Shown here: piece by piece, positions 10,215 to 18,563 of the stretch | Layout: each line of letters opens with the position of its first letter | How positions within the stretch are numbered: the first letter of the stretch is position 1 | Source: an uncultured Gammaproteobacteria bacterium | GTDB taxonomy: Bacteria > Patescibacteriota > Patescibacteriia > Patescibacteriales > CAYTAV01 | Assembly: GCA_964435875.1 (NCBI GenBank) | Contig: CAYTAV010000002.1 | Coordinates: 1 to 50,705 of the forward strand | Direction of reading: 5' to 3' | DNA length: 50,705 nt | The notes under the pieces: generated by a model | The model's input: the letters and a program-made list of their open reading frames with translations, nothing else | Databases searched by the model: none | What the model was told of the DNA's origin: nothing | Made by a program: the position numbers and the translations under genes

Positions 10215-10814
10215 ATGCGCGATCAATTCAGCAAAACAGTAAATCTGCGGCGCGACAACCGCGATGAAAATAATGCGACAGCGAACGAAAGAAGGATGGT
10301 CCAGGAAGCTAAAGACCCGCTCGATGAGATGTACGGATCCGAAGCTGCGCAGGGAGCGCGGGGCTTGAAGAGCATCCAGCGGCCAGCAACGAGCGGAGCT
10401 TACAAGGCATACCTAAAGTACGCGCTGGGTTTAAGCGCTCTGGCCTTGATCGTCATAGTCGCTTTCTGGCAGTTGAAACGCGATAGGGCGGGAGGGAATG
10501 CGGACAAAGCCGTGAATGATCAGCGCTGGTACAGTGTAAAGCTCGTTGACGGAGAGGTCTTTTACGGGCAGACGGCTGATATAACTGCCAATCCGCTGAC
10601 GATCTCCAAGGTCTATTATGATTATGACCAACAGACAGACGATAAGACGGCGGATGGGAACAACGCGCAAAACCTGCGGCTGGTCAAGCGGGGCAGGGAA
10701 ATGCACGGACCTACCGGAGAAATGAACATCTATCAGTCGCAGATTATATATCTCGAACCTCTCAAAGAGGACTCCAAGGTGCTTAACGCGATATTGGAAC
10801 ACGAGAAAGACTAA
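10215..10814 (+). CDS. Single-pass membrane protein, function unknown
   Basis: ORF with one TM (YALGLSALALIVIVAFWQL). First ATG in the frame is used; the track start at 10200 is TTG. Confidence 0.65.
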   Translation: MRDQFSKTVNLRRDNRDENNATANERRMVQEAKDPLDEMYGSEAAQGARGLKSIQRPATSGAYKAYLKYALGLSALALIVIVAFWQLKRDRAGGNADKAVNDQRWYSVKLVDGEVFYGQTADITANPLTISKVYYDYDQQTDDKTADGNNAQNLRLVKRGREMHGPTGEMNIYQSQIIYLEPLKEDSKVLNAILEHEKD

Positions 10815-10918
10815 TTAATAATATAATCCTTAGCTCGACTTGGAATATTCGACAGGGCGGCCATGCTTGGCCCGGGATGGCTCGAAGTACGTTCGCTAGG
10901 AAGGATTGCCTGAAAGAT

Positions 10919-12217
10919 ATGTTCAGCTATTATAACCTGCCGACAGGCCTCCGGGTCATAACGGTCCCCATGCGTGGCACAAAGACTGCCACGATTTTAG
11001 TTATGGTAGGAACCGGTTCGAAATACGAAATCAAGGAGGAGGGGGGGATCTCGCATTTTCTTGAGCACCTGTTCTTCAAGGGCACCAAGAAGCGCCCGAA
11101 TACGATGGAGATATCAATCGAACTCGACAGCGTTGGCGCGGAATTCAACGCTTTTACCGCCAAAGAATATACCGGATACTACGTTAAGGTCGATGCCGGA
11201 AAGATCGAGCTTGCATTCGACGTTGTCAGCGATATGCTGCTAGATTCGCTGTTTGATCCGGCTGAGATAGAAAGGGAGAAGGGTGTGATTATCGAGGAGT
11301 TGAACATGTACCAGGACAATCCGATGTTCTTCGTTGAAGACCTTTTCGAGGAATGCCTCTACGGCGATACGCCAGCTGGCAGAGACGTGATCGGCACTAA
11401 GAAATCGATCGCTTCGATCTCCCGCGAAAAGATAATCGCGTATCTTGCGTCGCAATACGGCGCTCAAAATACTATCATCTGCGTTGCAGGCAATATAGAA
11501 AAGGAGCGGATCGAATCGCTTGCGCAGAAATATTTCGGGAGATATATCGCCACATCATCGCGCTCGAAGGAAAAGGTCATCGAAAGCCAGGAAGCCCCGG
11601 CCGTCAAAACGCTGAACAAGAAGACTGACCAGGCCCACCTGGCAATCGGCGTGCGTACATTCCCGTCCAGCGATCCTGACGAACATATCGCTCGTTTTCT
11701 AGCGATAATGCTCGGGGGATCGATGAGTTCGCGCCTATTCTTAAATCTACGGGAACGACGCGGTCTTGCGTATTACGTCCGGACCACGCCGGAATTCTTT
11801 ACTGATTCCGGATACCTTGTCACCCAGGCCGGCGTTCCAACCGATAAACTCGAGGAATCTATAAAGGTCATACTTAGCGAATACCGCAAGCTAGTCGAGC
11901 GGCCAGCAGGGGAAAGGGAGATCAAGAAGATCAAGGATCTGGTCAGGGGACGGCTTATCATCCAGCTTGAATCATCGGATAACATGGCGCAATGGTTCGC
12001 CCGCAGAGCCATTACCTCGATCCAGGCGGGCCAGCCGGTGCGCCGGATCGAAAAGCCCGAGGAATATCTGAAGAAGCTCGATACGATCAGTGCAAGCGAT
12101 CTGAAGCGCGTCGCCCAGAGGATATTTGCGGACAGAGGCCTCAATCTCGCAGTGATCGGGCCGTTCGATAACGGCGACCGTTTTACTGGCAAGCTGAGCT
12201 TCAAGCAAACTGATTGA
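10919..12217 (+). CDS. M16 (pitrilysin) family zinc peptidase
   Basis: HFLEHLFFKGT inverted zinc motif (HxxEH). About 430 aa two-lobe M16 architecture. ATG at 10919 preferred over the upstream start of the track ORF. Confidence 0.9.
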   Translation: MFSYYNLPTGLRVITVPMRGTKTATILVMVGTGSKYEIKEEGGISHFLEHLFFKGTKKRPNTMEISIELDSVGAEFNAFTAKEYTGYYVKVDAGKIELAFDVVSDMLLDSLFDPAEIEREKGVIIEELNMYQDNPMFFVEDLFEECLYGDTPAGRDVIGTKKSIASISREKIIAYLASQYGAQNTIICVAGNIEKERIESLAQKYFGRYIATSSRSKEKVIESQEAPAVKTLNKKTDQAHLAIGVRTFPSSDPDEHIARFLAIMLGGSMSSRLFLNLRERRGLAYYVRTTPEFFTDSGYLVTQAGVPTDKLEESIKVILSEYRKLVERPAGEREIKKIKDLVRGRLIIQLESSDNMAQWFARRAITSIQAGQPVRRIEKPEEYLKKLDTISASDLKRVAQRIFADRGLNLAVIGPFDNGDRFTGKLSFKQTD

Positions 12218-12304
12218 CCGCCTGGCGGATGCTACGTTAATCATCTAAATACCTTATGGAGCCCCGGTCCATCTTGCCGCGGGTTTTCAACAGGGCTAAA
12301 GCGT

Positions 12305-13018
12305 ATGCTTATTTATCCTAATTCTCCCTCGCGCTTCCATCATGCATTTATAGCCTTAGCCTGCATGATGCTGCTCTCAGGCTGCGCTCAATCAGGCGGC
12401 AAGCCTGACACCCAAAATCAGCAGGATAAAACAGCAGGCAATGATTGCTTGAAGATAAGCGATACGGAGGCGCGCGATGATTGCTATGCGGAGTCAGGCT
12501 TGAAGGCATTCGACATCGATCGTTGCATGCAGGTCGCTTCGAAAGTAAAGAAGGAGCGGTGCGCGCATGAGGTCGCTCTCGGCAAAGGAGATGCCGCGCT
12601 CTGCGCCTATATCCCCAGCGGTTCTTGCTCACCGGAAGACGGCGACAGCTGTATCAGTTCCGAAAACTGCGTTATCGCGGTCGCCCTTAAGAAGAAGGAG
12701 GTCTATGACTGCGATAATATCAGCTCGGCAAGCCCCCAAAGAGATGTCTGTTATATGAAGGTCGCGCCCTGGATAATGGTCAGCGAAGATCCTTGGGACT
12801 GGTGCAAGGATATAAAGGCTCAAGAATATAAGGATGCTTGCTATCTGCGCGGAGCCGAGCTTACGCGCAATACGGAGCTTTGCGAGCAGGCAGGCGGACA
12901 AAGGGATGACTGCCTCTTGATGCTCGCGGAAAAATTCGGCAATACGAATGCTTGCCGGCGGCTAAAGGATCCTGCCGCCCAGGATGCATGCTTAAGCAGT
13001 ACGACTGATGCAAAATAA
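12305..13018 (+). CDS. Cys-rich repeat lipoprotein
   Basis: Lipobox LLSGC. Repeated xxD(D/A/V)C(Y/L) units (RDDCYAE, RDVCYMK, KDACYLR, RDDCLLM, QDACLSS). Confidence 0.7.
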   Translation: MLIYPNSPSRFHHAFIALACMMLLSGCAQSGGKPDTQNQQDKTAGNDCLKISDTEARDDCYAESGLKAFDIDRCMQVASKVKKERCAHEVALGKGDAALCAYIPSGSCSPEDGDSCISSENCVIAVALKKKEVYDCDNISSASPQRDVCYMKVAPWIMVSEDPWDWCKDIKAQEYKDACYLRGAELTRNTELCEQAGGQRDDCLLMLAEKFGNTNACRRLKDPAAQDACLSSTTDAK

Positions 13019-15986
13019 CTTGCCAACGAAGAAGCTCAATGCCGCGCAGGAAGAAGCGGTCTCGCATGTTAAGGGGCCGCTTTTGATAGTGGCCGGAGCA
13101 GGGACTGGCAAGACGACGGTTCTCGTCGAGAGGATAATCAGGTTGCTTGCCAGCGGAGCCGCGAAACTCGACCAGATACTGATGCTGACTTTTACGGAAA
13201 AGGCGGCTGGCGAGTTGGAGGACCGGGTGCTTAAAACGCTACCCTACGGAAGCTTCGACGCCCCGATTTCCACATTCCATTCCTTCTGCGAAAAGTTGCT
13301 GCGGGATAGGGGTCTTGACATGGGCCTGCCTGCCGATTTTAAACTGCTTACGGAAAGCGAGCAATGGATTTTTTTCAAGCGTAATATCGACGCTTTCGAC
13401 CTGGATTATTACAGGCCGCTCGGCAATCCGACGAAGTTCATCCACGAGCTCTTAAGGCATTTTTCCCGCCTCAAAGACGAGAATATCCAGCCGGAAGAAT
13501 ACCTTGCTTTTGCTGATGGGCTCGAACTGGATCTGGACAGGATACCGGATTCGAAATCGAGAAATAAAAATCAAGGATCAAAGCAGCGGAATAAAAAAAC
13601 CGGACTTGGCCTTGAAAAAGCCAGGATTATCGAACTGGCCGGAGTTTATCATAGGTATAACCAGCTATTGCTCGATAACGGGTCTCTTGATTTCGGCGAT
13701 TTGATCTGCTATTCGATCGAGCTTTTCAAGAAGCGGCCGAACATACTCGGAGAGTATCGGAGCAGATACCAGTTCCTTATGGTCGATGAGTTCCAGGATA
13801 CGAACTGGGCTCAGTATGAACTGGTCAAGATGCTTTCCGCCCCGGAAAACAATCTTGCCGTCGTCGGCGACGACGACCAGGCGATTTATAAGTTCAGAGG
13901 AGCCTCGCTTTCGAATATCATGCAGTTCAAGGAGGATTATCCGTCTTGCCGCGAAGTAGTCATGCGCGAAAATTTCCGATCAGGAAAGTTGATCCTCGAC
14001 GCTTCATACCGGTTCATCAGGAACAACGATCCGAACCGGCTCGAAGCGAGCCTCGGCATCAATAAAGCGCTGATCTCGACGAGAGAGTCTGATGGCTCAG
14101 TGAGATGCCTTCGTTTCAATACTAGGCAGAACGAGGCTTTGTTCGCGGCGGCTGCGATCCGCGAGATCAAGAGCAAGGACGAGGATGTCCAGTGGCGGGA
14201 TTTTGCGGTGCTGGCCAGGTCGAACGACACGGCCGCCCAGTTCGCATCAGAGCTCGTCCGCGCCTCGATTCCGGTCGGGCTTGTTTCGCAAAGAGGCTTG
14301 TATCTCAAGCCTGCTGTAGTCGACGTGCTATCTTACCTTAAATTGCTTGATAATTACCATGAATCCTCTTCGCTCTACAGGATCCTTACGTTGGAACCGT
14401 TCGCTATAGGGCATAGCGAGATCGTCGCCCTAAACTATTTCGCGCGCAGGAAACTCTGGTCACTCTATGACGCGGTCAAGCAGGCGGAAGCCGTGAGGGA
14501 TATCAGTCCGGCTTCGGTTCTGATCCTGTCGCGCTTGAGAAGCCTGATCGAGAAGCACTCGAAAATCGCAGAAACATCCCTGCCTTCGAGGCTGTTCCTC
14601 GAGATCTACAAGGACCTGGATTTTGCCCGGAGGTGGGATCGTGATCGCGACAGCGATAAATTTTCGCTAATGCACCAGTTGTATGCGAGGATAAAGGATT
14701 TCGAAATGACGCTTTCGGATGCGCGGCTCAAAGACCTGATGGAATATTTCACGCTCGAGGCCGAAGCCGGGGAGACCGGACCCCTGAACGCGCAGTTCGA
14801 GGACGACAATACCGTCCGGGTCATGACTGTGCATGCCGCGAAAGGCCTCGAATTCAAACATGTTTTCGTTGTTGACCTGGTCGACAAGAAATTCCCGACT
14901 GTCGCCCGCTCCGAGAAGATCCCGGTTCCCGATGTGCTTGTCAGGGAAAAGCTCCCGGAAGGGAGCAGTGTGCATCTGGAGGAGGAGCGCAGGCTTTTCT
15001 ATGTAGCGATGACTCGGGCCAAAGATACGCTGGTCTTGACCTGTGCGCGCGATTGCAATGGTGCAAGGGAAAAGAAGCCGTCCCGTTTTCTCCAAGAAGC
15101 CGGCTTCGGCGATCCGGAAACCGTGCAGGGAAAGAGCGCAGCGAACGAGTTAGAAACGGACTTAAAAGCGCTTGAAATCACGAACAGCGATAATTGCCGT
15201 GAAAGATTCAACCTTCCGGACAAGTTCTCTTTTTCACAGCTGGAAGCCTATTCGAACTGCCCACTGCAGTACAAATTCAATTTCCTCCTGCGTATTCCGG
15301 TGCCTGAAAAGCCGGCGCTGTCATTCGGACGCACAATGCACAGCGCGTTGAAAGACCTGTTCCTGCATACGATTTACGGCATGAAGGCCCAGTCCGCCCT
15401 TTTCGAACCAGCTACTGATACGGGCGCTCCCCCGCGCCCCACCATCGCGCAGGCGTTCGCGATTTTCGACAAGCATTGGAGCGACTCGGGCTATATGGAC
15501 AAACGCGAACGGGACGAATATCGGAAGAAGGGCAGGGAGATCCTGAAAGGCCTCATAGCGCGCATGGAATCGGAAGGCTGGCCGGAGACGCGTTTTCTCG
15601 AGAAAAGCTTTACGGTGCGGATAGGCAGCCATTATTTCAAGGGAGCGATCGACCGCATCGATCGCATCAGCGAGACCGAGGTCGGGATCGTCGATTATAA
15701 GACCGGCCAGCCCAAGGACGATCTCGAGTTCGAAAACAAGCGCCAGCTGATCCTATACAAGGTCGCCGTCGAACAGGGCATGGGCATGAAGGCCGGGAAA
15801 TTATCCTATTATTATCTCGAGAACAATACGCCAGTCTCGTTTTCCGCAGGTGAAAAGGATATTGCCAGGCTGTTCGAATTCATCGATAAAAATGTGCGCG
15901 GGATCGAAAGCTGCGATTTTACTCCCAGTCCGGGACCGTTGTGCAAATATTGCGATTTCAAAGATATCTGCGAATTCAGGAAATAA
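13008..15986 (+). CDS. UvrD/PcrA-type SF1 helicase fused to a C-terminal PD-(D/E)XK (Cas4/AddB-type) nuclease with a Cys cluster
   Basis: Walker A AGAGTGKTT, DEFQDT, VGDDDQAIYKFRGA, TVHAAKGLEF. C-terminus GAIDRIDR...VGIVDYKTG plus C...CKYCDFKDIC. 11-nt overlap with the upstream gene. Confidence 0.9.
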   Translation: MQNNLPTKKLNAAQEEAVSHVKGPLLIVAGAGTGKTTVLVERIIRLLASGAAKLDQILMLTFTEKAAGELEDRVLKTLPYGSFDAPISTFHSFCEKLLRDRGLDMGLPADFKLLTESEQWIFFKRNIDAFDLDYYRPLGNPTKFIHELLRHFSRLKDENIQPEEYLAFADGLELDLDRIPDSKSRNKNQGSKQRNKKTGLGLEKARIIELAGVYHRYNQLLLDNGSLDFGDLICYSIELFKKRPNILGEYRSRYQFLMVDEFQDTNWAQYELVKMLSAPENNLAVVGDDDQAIYKFRGASLSNIMQFKEDYPSCREVVMRENFRSGKLILDASYRFIRNNDPNRLEASLGINKALISTRESDGSVRCLRFNTRQNEALFAAAAIREIKSKDEDVQWRDFAVLARSNDTAAQFASELVRASIPVGLVSQRGLYLKPAVVDVLSYLKLLDNYHESSSLYRILTLEPFAIGHSEIVALNYFARRKLWSLYDAVKQAEAVRDISPASVLILSRLRSLIEKHSKIAETSLPSRLFLEIYKDLDFARRWDRDRDSDKFSLMHQLYARIKDFEMTLSDARLKDLMEYFTLEAEAGETGPLNAQFEDDNTVRVMTVHAAKGLEFKHVFVVDLVDKKFPTVARSEKIPVPDVLVREKLPEGSSVHLEEERRLFYVAMTRAKDTLVLTCARDCNGAREKKPSRFLQEAGFGDPETVQGKSAANELETDLKALEITNSDNCRERFNLPDKFSFSQLEAYSNCPLQYKFNFLLRIPVPEKPALSFGRTMHSALKDLFLHTIYGMKAQSALFEPATDTGAPPRPTIAQAFAIFDKHWSDSGYMDKRERDEYRKKGREILKGLIARMESEGWPETRFLEKSFTVRIGSHYFKGAIDRIDRISETEVGIVDYKTGQPKDDLEFENKRQLILYKVAVEQGMGMKAGKLSYYYLENNTPVSFSAGEKDIARLFEFIDKNVRGIESCDFTPSPGPLCKYCDFKDICEFRK

Positions 15987-16095
15987 CGGATCTGGCAGGC
16001 GCTGGCGCTCCTGTTCCATAGCGTATTTGCATCATTACTGTTTTAGGATTATCATCATATTATCCTGCAAAGGCTCTATAACCGCAAGCAATCAT

Positions 16096-16389
16096 ATGTT
16101 CAGGGATATCGGCTCCCTTCTGCCAAAATCGATAAAGCGCGCCGGCCTCGCGCGCCAGATCAAGGCCGCTCAGGTCCTAAAAATTTACGAGGAGATCGTC
16201 AGGCAGTACCTGCCTGATAGCCTCGCGAGCAAGCTAAAGCCGCTTTATGTGCGCGATAAGACGCTGACCGTAGCGTCGCTTTCGTCAGTGATAGCCCAGG
16301 AAATGCGTTTCAAGGAGCGTGAATTGCTTGAGAAGATCAACGGCGCGCTAGGCGCGGAAGTCATTGAAAAGATCCGGTATGCGGCATGA
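16096..16389 (+). CDS. DUF721 (DciA-like) small protein
   Basis: 97 aa from the internal ATG. Pattern ...AQVLKIYEEIV...LKPLYVRDKTLTVASLSSVIAQEMRFKERELLEKIN resembles DUF721/DciA family proteins. The upstream part of the track ORF overlaps the helicase 3' end. Confidence 0.65.
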   Translation: MFRDIGSLLPKSIKRAGLARQIKAAQVLKIYEEIVRQYLPDSLASKLKPLYVRDKTLTVASLSSVIAQEMRFKERELLEKINGALGAEVIEKIRYAA

Positions 16390-16488
16390 CCCCCCTGTTT
16401 TTGCATAATATCCAATGAAATAATAATCTTAAGCCATGCAGGCCCTGCCGTTTCCCTCCCGGGGAGCAAGCCGGCCTGAAAAAGCACG

Positions 16489-17277
16489 ATGGTTATCGAT
16501 ACCCACACTCATATCAGGAACGAGAAAGATTATAAGAGCTATGCCAGGAAGGCCGGGAAGCGGAAAGGCAAAATGCTGACCCTGCCGCTCTATAATGACG
16601 ATCTTGACGGATTTCTTGCGTTCACTCAAACGAAGAACGACCTTTATCCGATCGGCACGGTCAATATGAAAGATTACGCCGTCCCGCAGATCGCAAGATT
16701 GAAAGATCTTTTCGCCGCGGGAAGGATCTACGGAGTTAAGCTTTATCCAGGCTATCAGTATTTCTATCCGACCGATGAGCCGGTCGTCGAGATCGCGCGG
16801 CTATGCGCCGATTTCAGAAAACCCCTGATTTTCCATTCGGGCGATGTACTGGCCGATGCATACGATGAGAGGCCGGCGCTCTTGAAGTATTCGCAATCGA
16901 TCCATATCGACGAACTTGCCAATGTCGTGCCTGAATGCACGATCGTTATCGCACATTTCGGATTTCCATACTTCCTGCAAACAGCCAATATCGTCAGCAA
17001 GAATACGAACGTCTATACGGATATATCAGGAACGATCGAAGAGTGCGATAACAAGCAGGAGATGAAAGCCCTTTTGAAATACTATGCCGAGGATTTGATC
17101 CGCGCATTCGCCTATTTCCCTCAGGCAAAGAAGAAGACCATGTTCGGTACGGATTTCTACAACGATGACTCACCCTTGAGCCGCGTCAGCCCGTATTTCG
17201 AGCTGGCTGACAAGGTATTCAGGAAGAACGAAAGATCCTGGATGTATTCTGGGCTCGCCGATACGCTGTTCTTCTGA
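16489..17277 (+). CDS. Metal-dependent amidohydrolase (TIM-barrel) family protein
   Basis: N-terminal VIDTHTHI metal-binding motif, later HSG and AHFG His motifs, about 260 aa. Confidence 0.75.
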   Translation: MVIDTHTHIRNEKDYKSYARKAGKRKGKMLTLPLYNDDLDGFLAFTQTKNDLYPIGTVNMKDYAVPQIARLKDLFAAGRIYGVKLYPGYQYFYPTDEPVVEIARLCADFRKPLIFHSGDVLADAYDERPALLKYSQSIHIDELANVVPECTIVIAHFGFPYFLQTANIVSKNTNVYTDISGTIEECDNKQEMKALLKYYAEDLIRAFAYFPQAKKKTMFGTDFYNDDSPLSRVSPYFELADKVFRKNERSWMYSGLADTLFF

Positions 17278-17345
17278 TCCGACCTGGTAAAAATCTAATT
17301 AATAAACATAATGCGCGATCGGTTACGACCGATACGCGAAAAAGT

Positions 17346-18071
17346 ATGAGCAAATCGAAAGTGTTAGCTTCTTTGGCCGTGCTGATCGTCGCGGCTATGC
17401 TCGGCGGATGCGGAAAGCAGGATGAAGCGCTTCCGCAAGCACAGCTTCCCGGCCAGTCGGAGCAGTCCCCGACGCAGGAGGACAAACAAGAGCCAGCCTC
17501 CGAGGATACGGAACCAGGCACCCTGATGAGCCTTTCAGAATTGATGGCTAGAGGCAAGCCGATGGAATGCACCTGGAACGAAAACGAAAGCAACGGAGGC
17601 AGCGTGACCGGCCACATGGTGATTAACGGCAAGCAGTTTAAAAATGATGTTACTGTCGAGAGTCTGCCGGGCGAAGAGGGGGGTGAAGCCCTGCAGATCG
17701 AGACGCACAGCATCAGCGATGGCACCTGGGTCTATATTTGGAATAGCATGCAGCCGGGCAAAGGCACGAAAATGGACCTGGCGAAACTCGAACAGCCGGC
17801 TACCGCGACAGATACGCCTGAAAAGCAGGATCTGGACCTCGACCGCAAGCTGGATTATAAATGCACGGATTGGAGTTCCGATGCTGCCATTTTTACGCCG
17901 CCATCCGAAATCATATTCGAGGATGTGACGGCCGAGACCAATAAGCTGATGAAAGATGCAACCGATCCCGCTAATGCACAGAAAATGAACAAACTGGTCT
18001 GCGACCTCTGCAAGCAGGCGCCGGACGAGTCCTCGCGCGCGGAGTGCCTTAAGAACGCCGGTTGCGAATAA
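17346..18071 (+). CDS. Lipoprotein, function unknown
   Basis: Signal + lipobox AAMLGGCGK, acidic linker, Cys-containing C-terminus. Confidence 0.7.
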   Translation: MSKSKVLASLAVLIVAAMLGGCGKQDEALPQAQLPGQSEQSPTQEDKQEPASEDTEPGTLMSLSELMARGKPMECTWNENESNGGSVTGHMVINGKQFKNDVTVESLPGEEGGEALQIETHSISDGTWVYIWNSMQPGKGTKMDLAKLEQPATATDTPEKQDLDLDRKLDYKCTDWSSDAAIFTPPSEIIFEDVTAETNKLMKDATDPANAQKMNKLVCDLCKQAPDESSRAECLKNAGCE

Positions 18072-18090
18072 TGCATAAATAATGCAAAAG

Positions 18091-18122
18091 AAAAAGGGAT
18101 GAATCTGTTTTCATCCCTTTTA
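18091..18122. terminator. Bidirectional intrinsic terminator between convergent genes
   Basis: gggatgaa (18096-18103) / ttcatccc (18110-18117), flanked by an A-run upstream and a T-run downstream. Confidence 0.6.
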
Positions 18123-18143
18123 TTATCCGGAAGACTGACAAGC

Positions 18144-18329
18144 CTACGAATTCGCAGGTTTGGCTGGTTTGGCTTTGCTGATCATTTCCATCGCTAGAAA
18201 GAACTGATGCGTTGCATCAGAATAGGACTGGCAGAATTCTCGTGCGGCACAATCTCTGCAGAAGCGCTTGTCTGCGCCGATAAAGCAGTAATAACCGCGG
18301 ATTCCGTCAAAATAGACATCAGTAGCCAT
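18144..18329 (-). CDS. Small (61 aa) Cys-containing protein, function unknown
   Basis: ATG at 18329 preceded by GAGGGGGCAAGGTT (strong SD). MATDVYFDGIRGYYCFIGADKRFCRDCAAREFCQSY... The upstream part of the track ORF runs through a terminator hairpin. Confidence 0.5.
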   Translation of the reverse strand: MATDVYFDGIRGYYCFIGADKRFCRDCAAREFCQSYSDATHQFFLAMEMISKAKPAKPANS

Positions 18330-18366
18330 AACCTTGCCCCCTCGTTGAATGTGCGATGCAGAACAT

Positions 18367-18400
18367 GAAAAAACCGCCGTTTTCTTTTGGCGGTTTTTTC
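18367..18400 (-). terminator. Perfect 12-bp hairpin with flanking A/T runs (intrinsic terminator or attenuator) 38 nt upstream of the small ORF
   Basis: gaaaaaaccgcc (18367-18378) / ggcggttttttc (18389-18400), 10-nt loop. Confidence 0.6.
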
Positions 18401-18439
18401 GTATATGTATTTCTTGAGCCTTTTCAATCTTCACATATA

Positions 18440-18495
18440 GCAAAAAACCGTCCTATTTGGGTATTATTGGTCATGGGCTGGCGAGCGGTTTTTGC
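18440..18495 (-). promoter_or_regulatory. Second terminator-like stem with related arms and a 35-nt C/A-rich loop
   Basis: gcaaaaaaccg (18440-18450) pairs with cggtttttgc (18486-18495) with one bulged A. On the minus strand it is followed by a U-run. Confidence 0.3.
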
Positions 18496-18516
18496 CTGGC
18501 AGTTGATCATGCTTAT

Positions 18517-18545
18517 ATATTATTCCGTTATTAAAAATATGTCAA
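18517..18545 (-). promoter_or_regulatory. Candidate sigma70-type promoter (TTGACA - 17 nt - TAATAT) just downstream of the rtcB stop
   Basis: Minus-strand reading: ttgaca (18545-18540), 17-nt spacer, taatat (18522-18517). Confidence 0.4.
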
Positions 18546-18563
18546 TTCTTGTTAGCCTCATCT

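Noticed and set aside
15850-16095. N-terminal 82 codons of the 179-aa track ORF preceding the DUF721 protein
   Set aside because: This part overlaps the helicase 3' end and the intergenic region. The DUF721-like sequence begins at the internal ATG at 16096.
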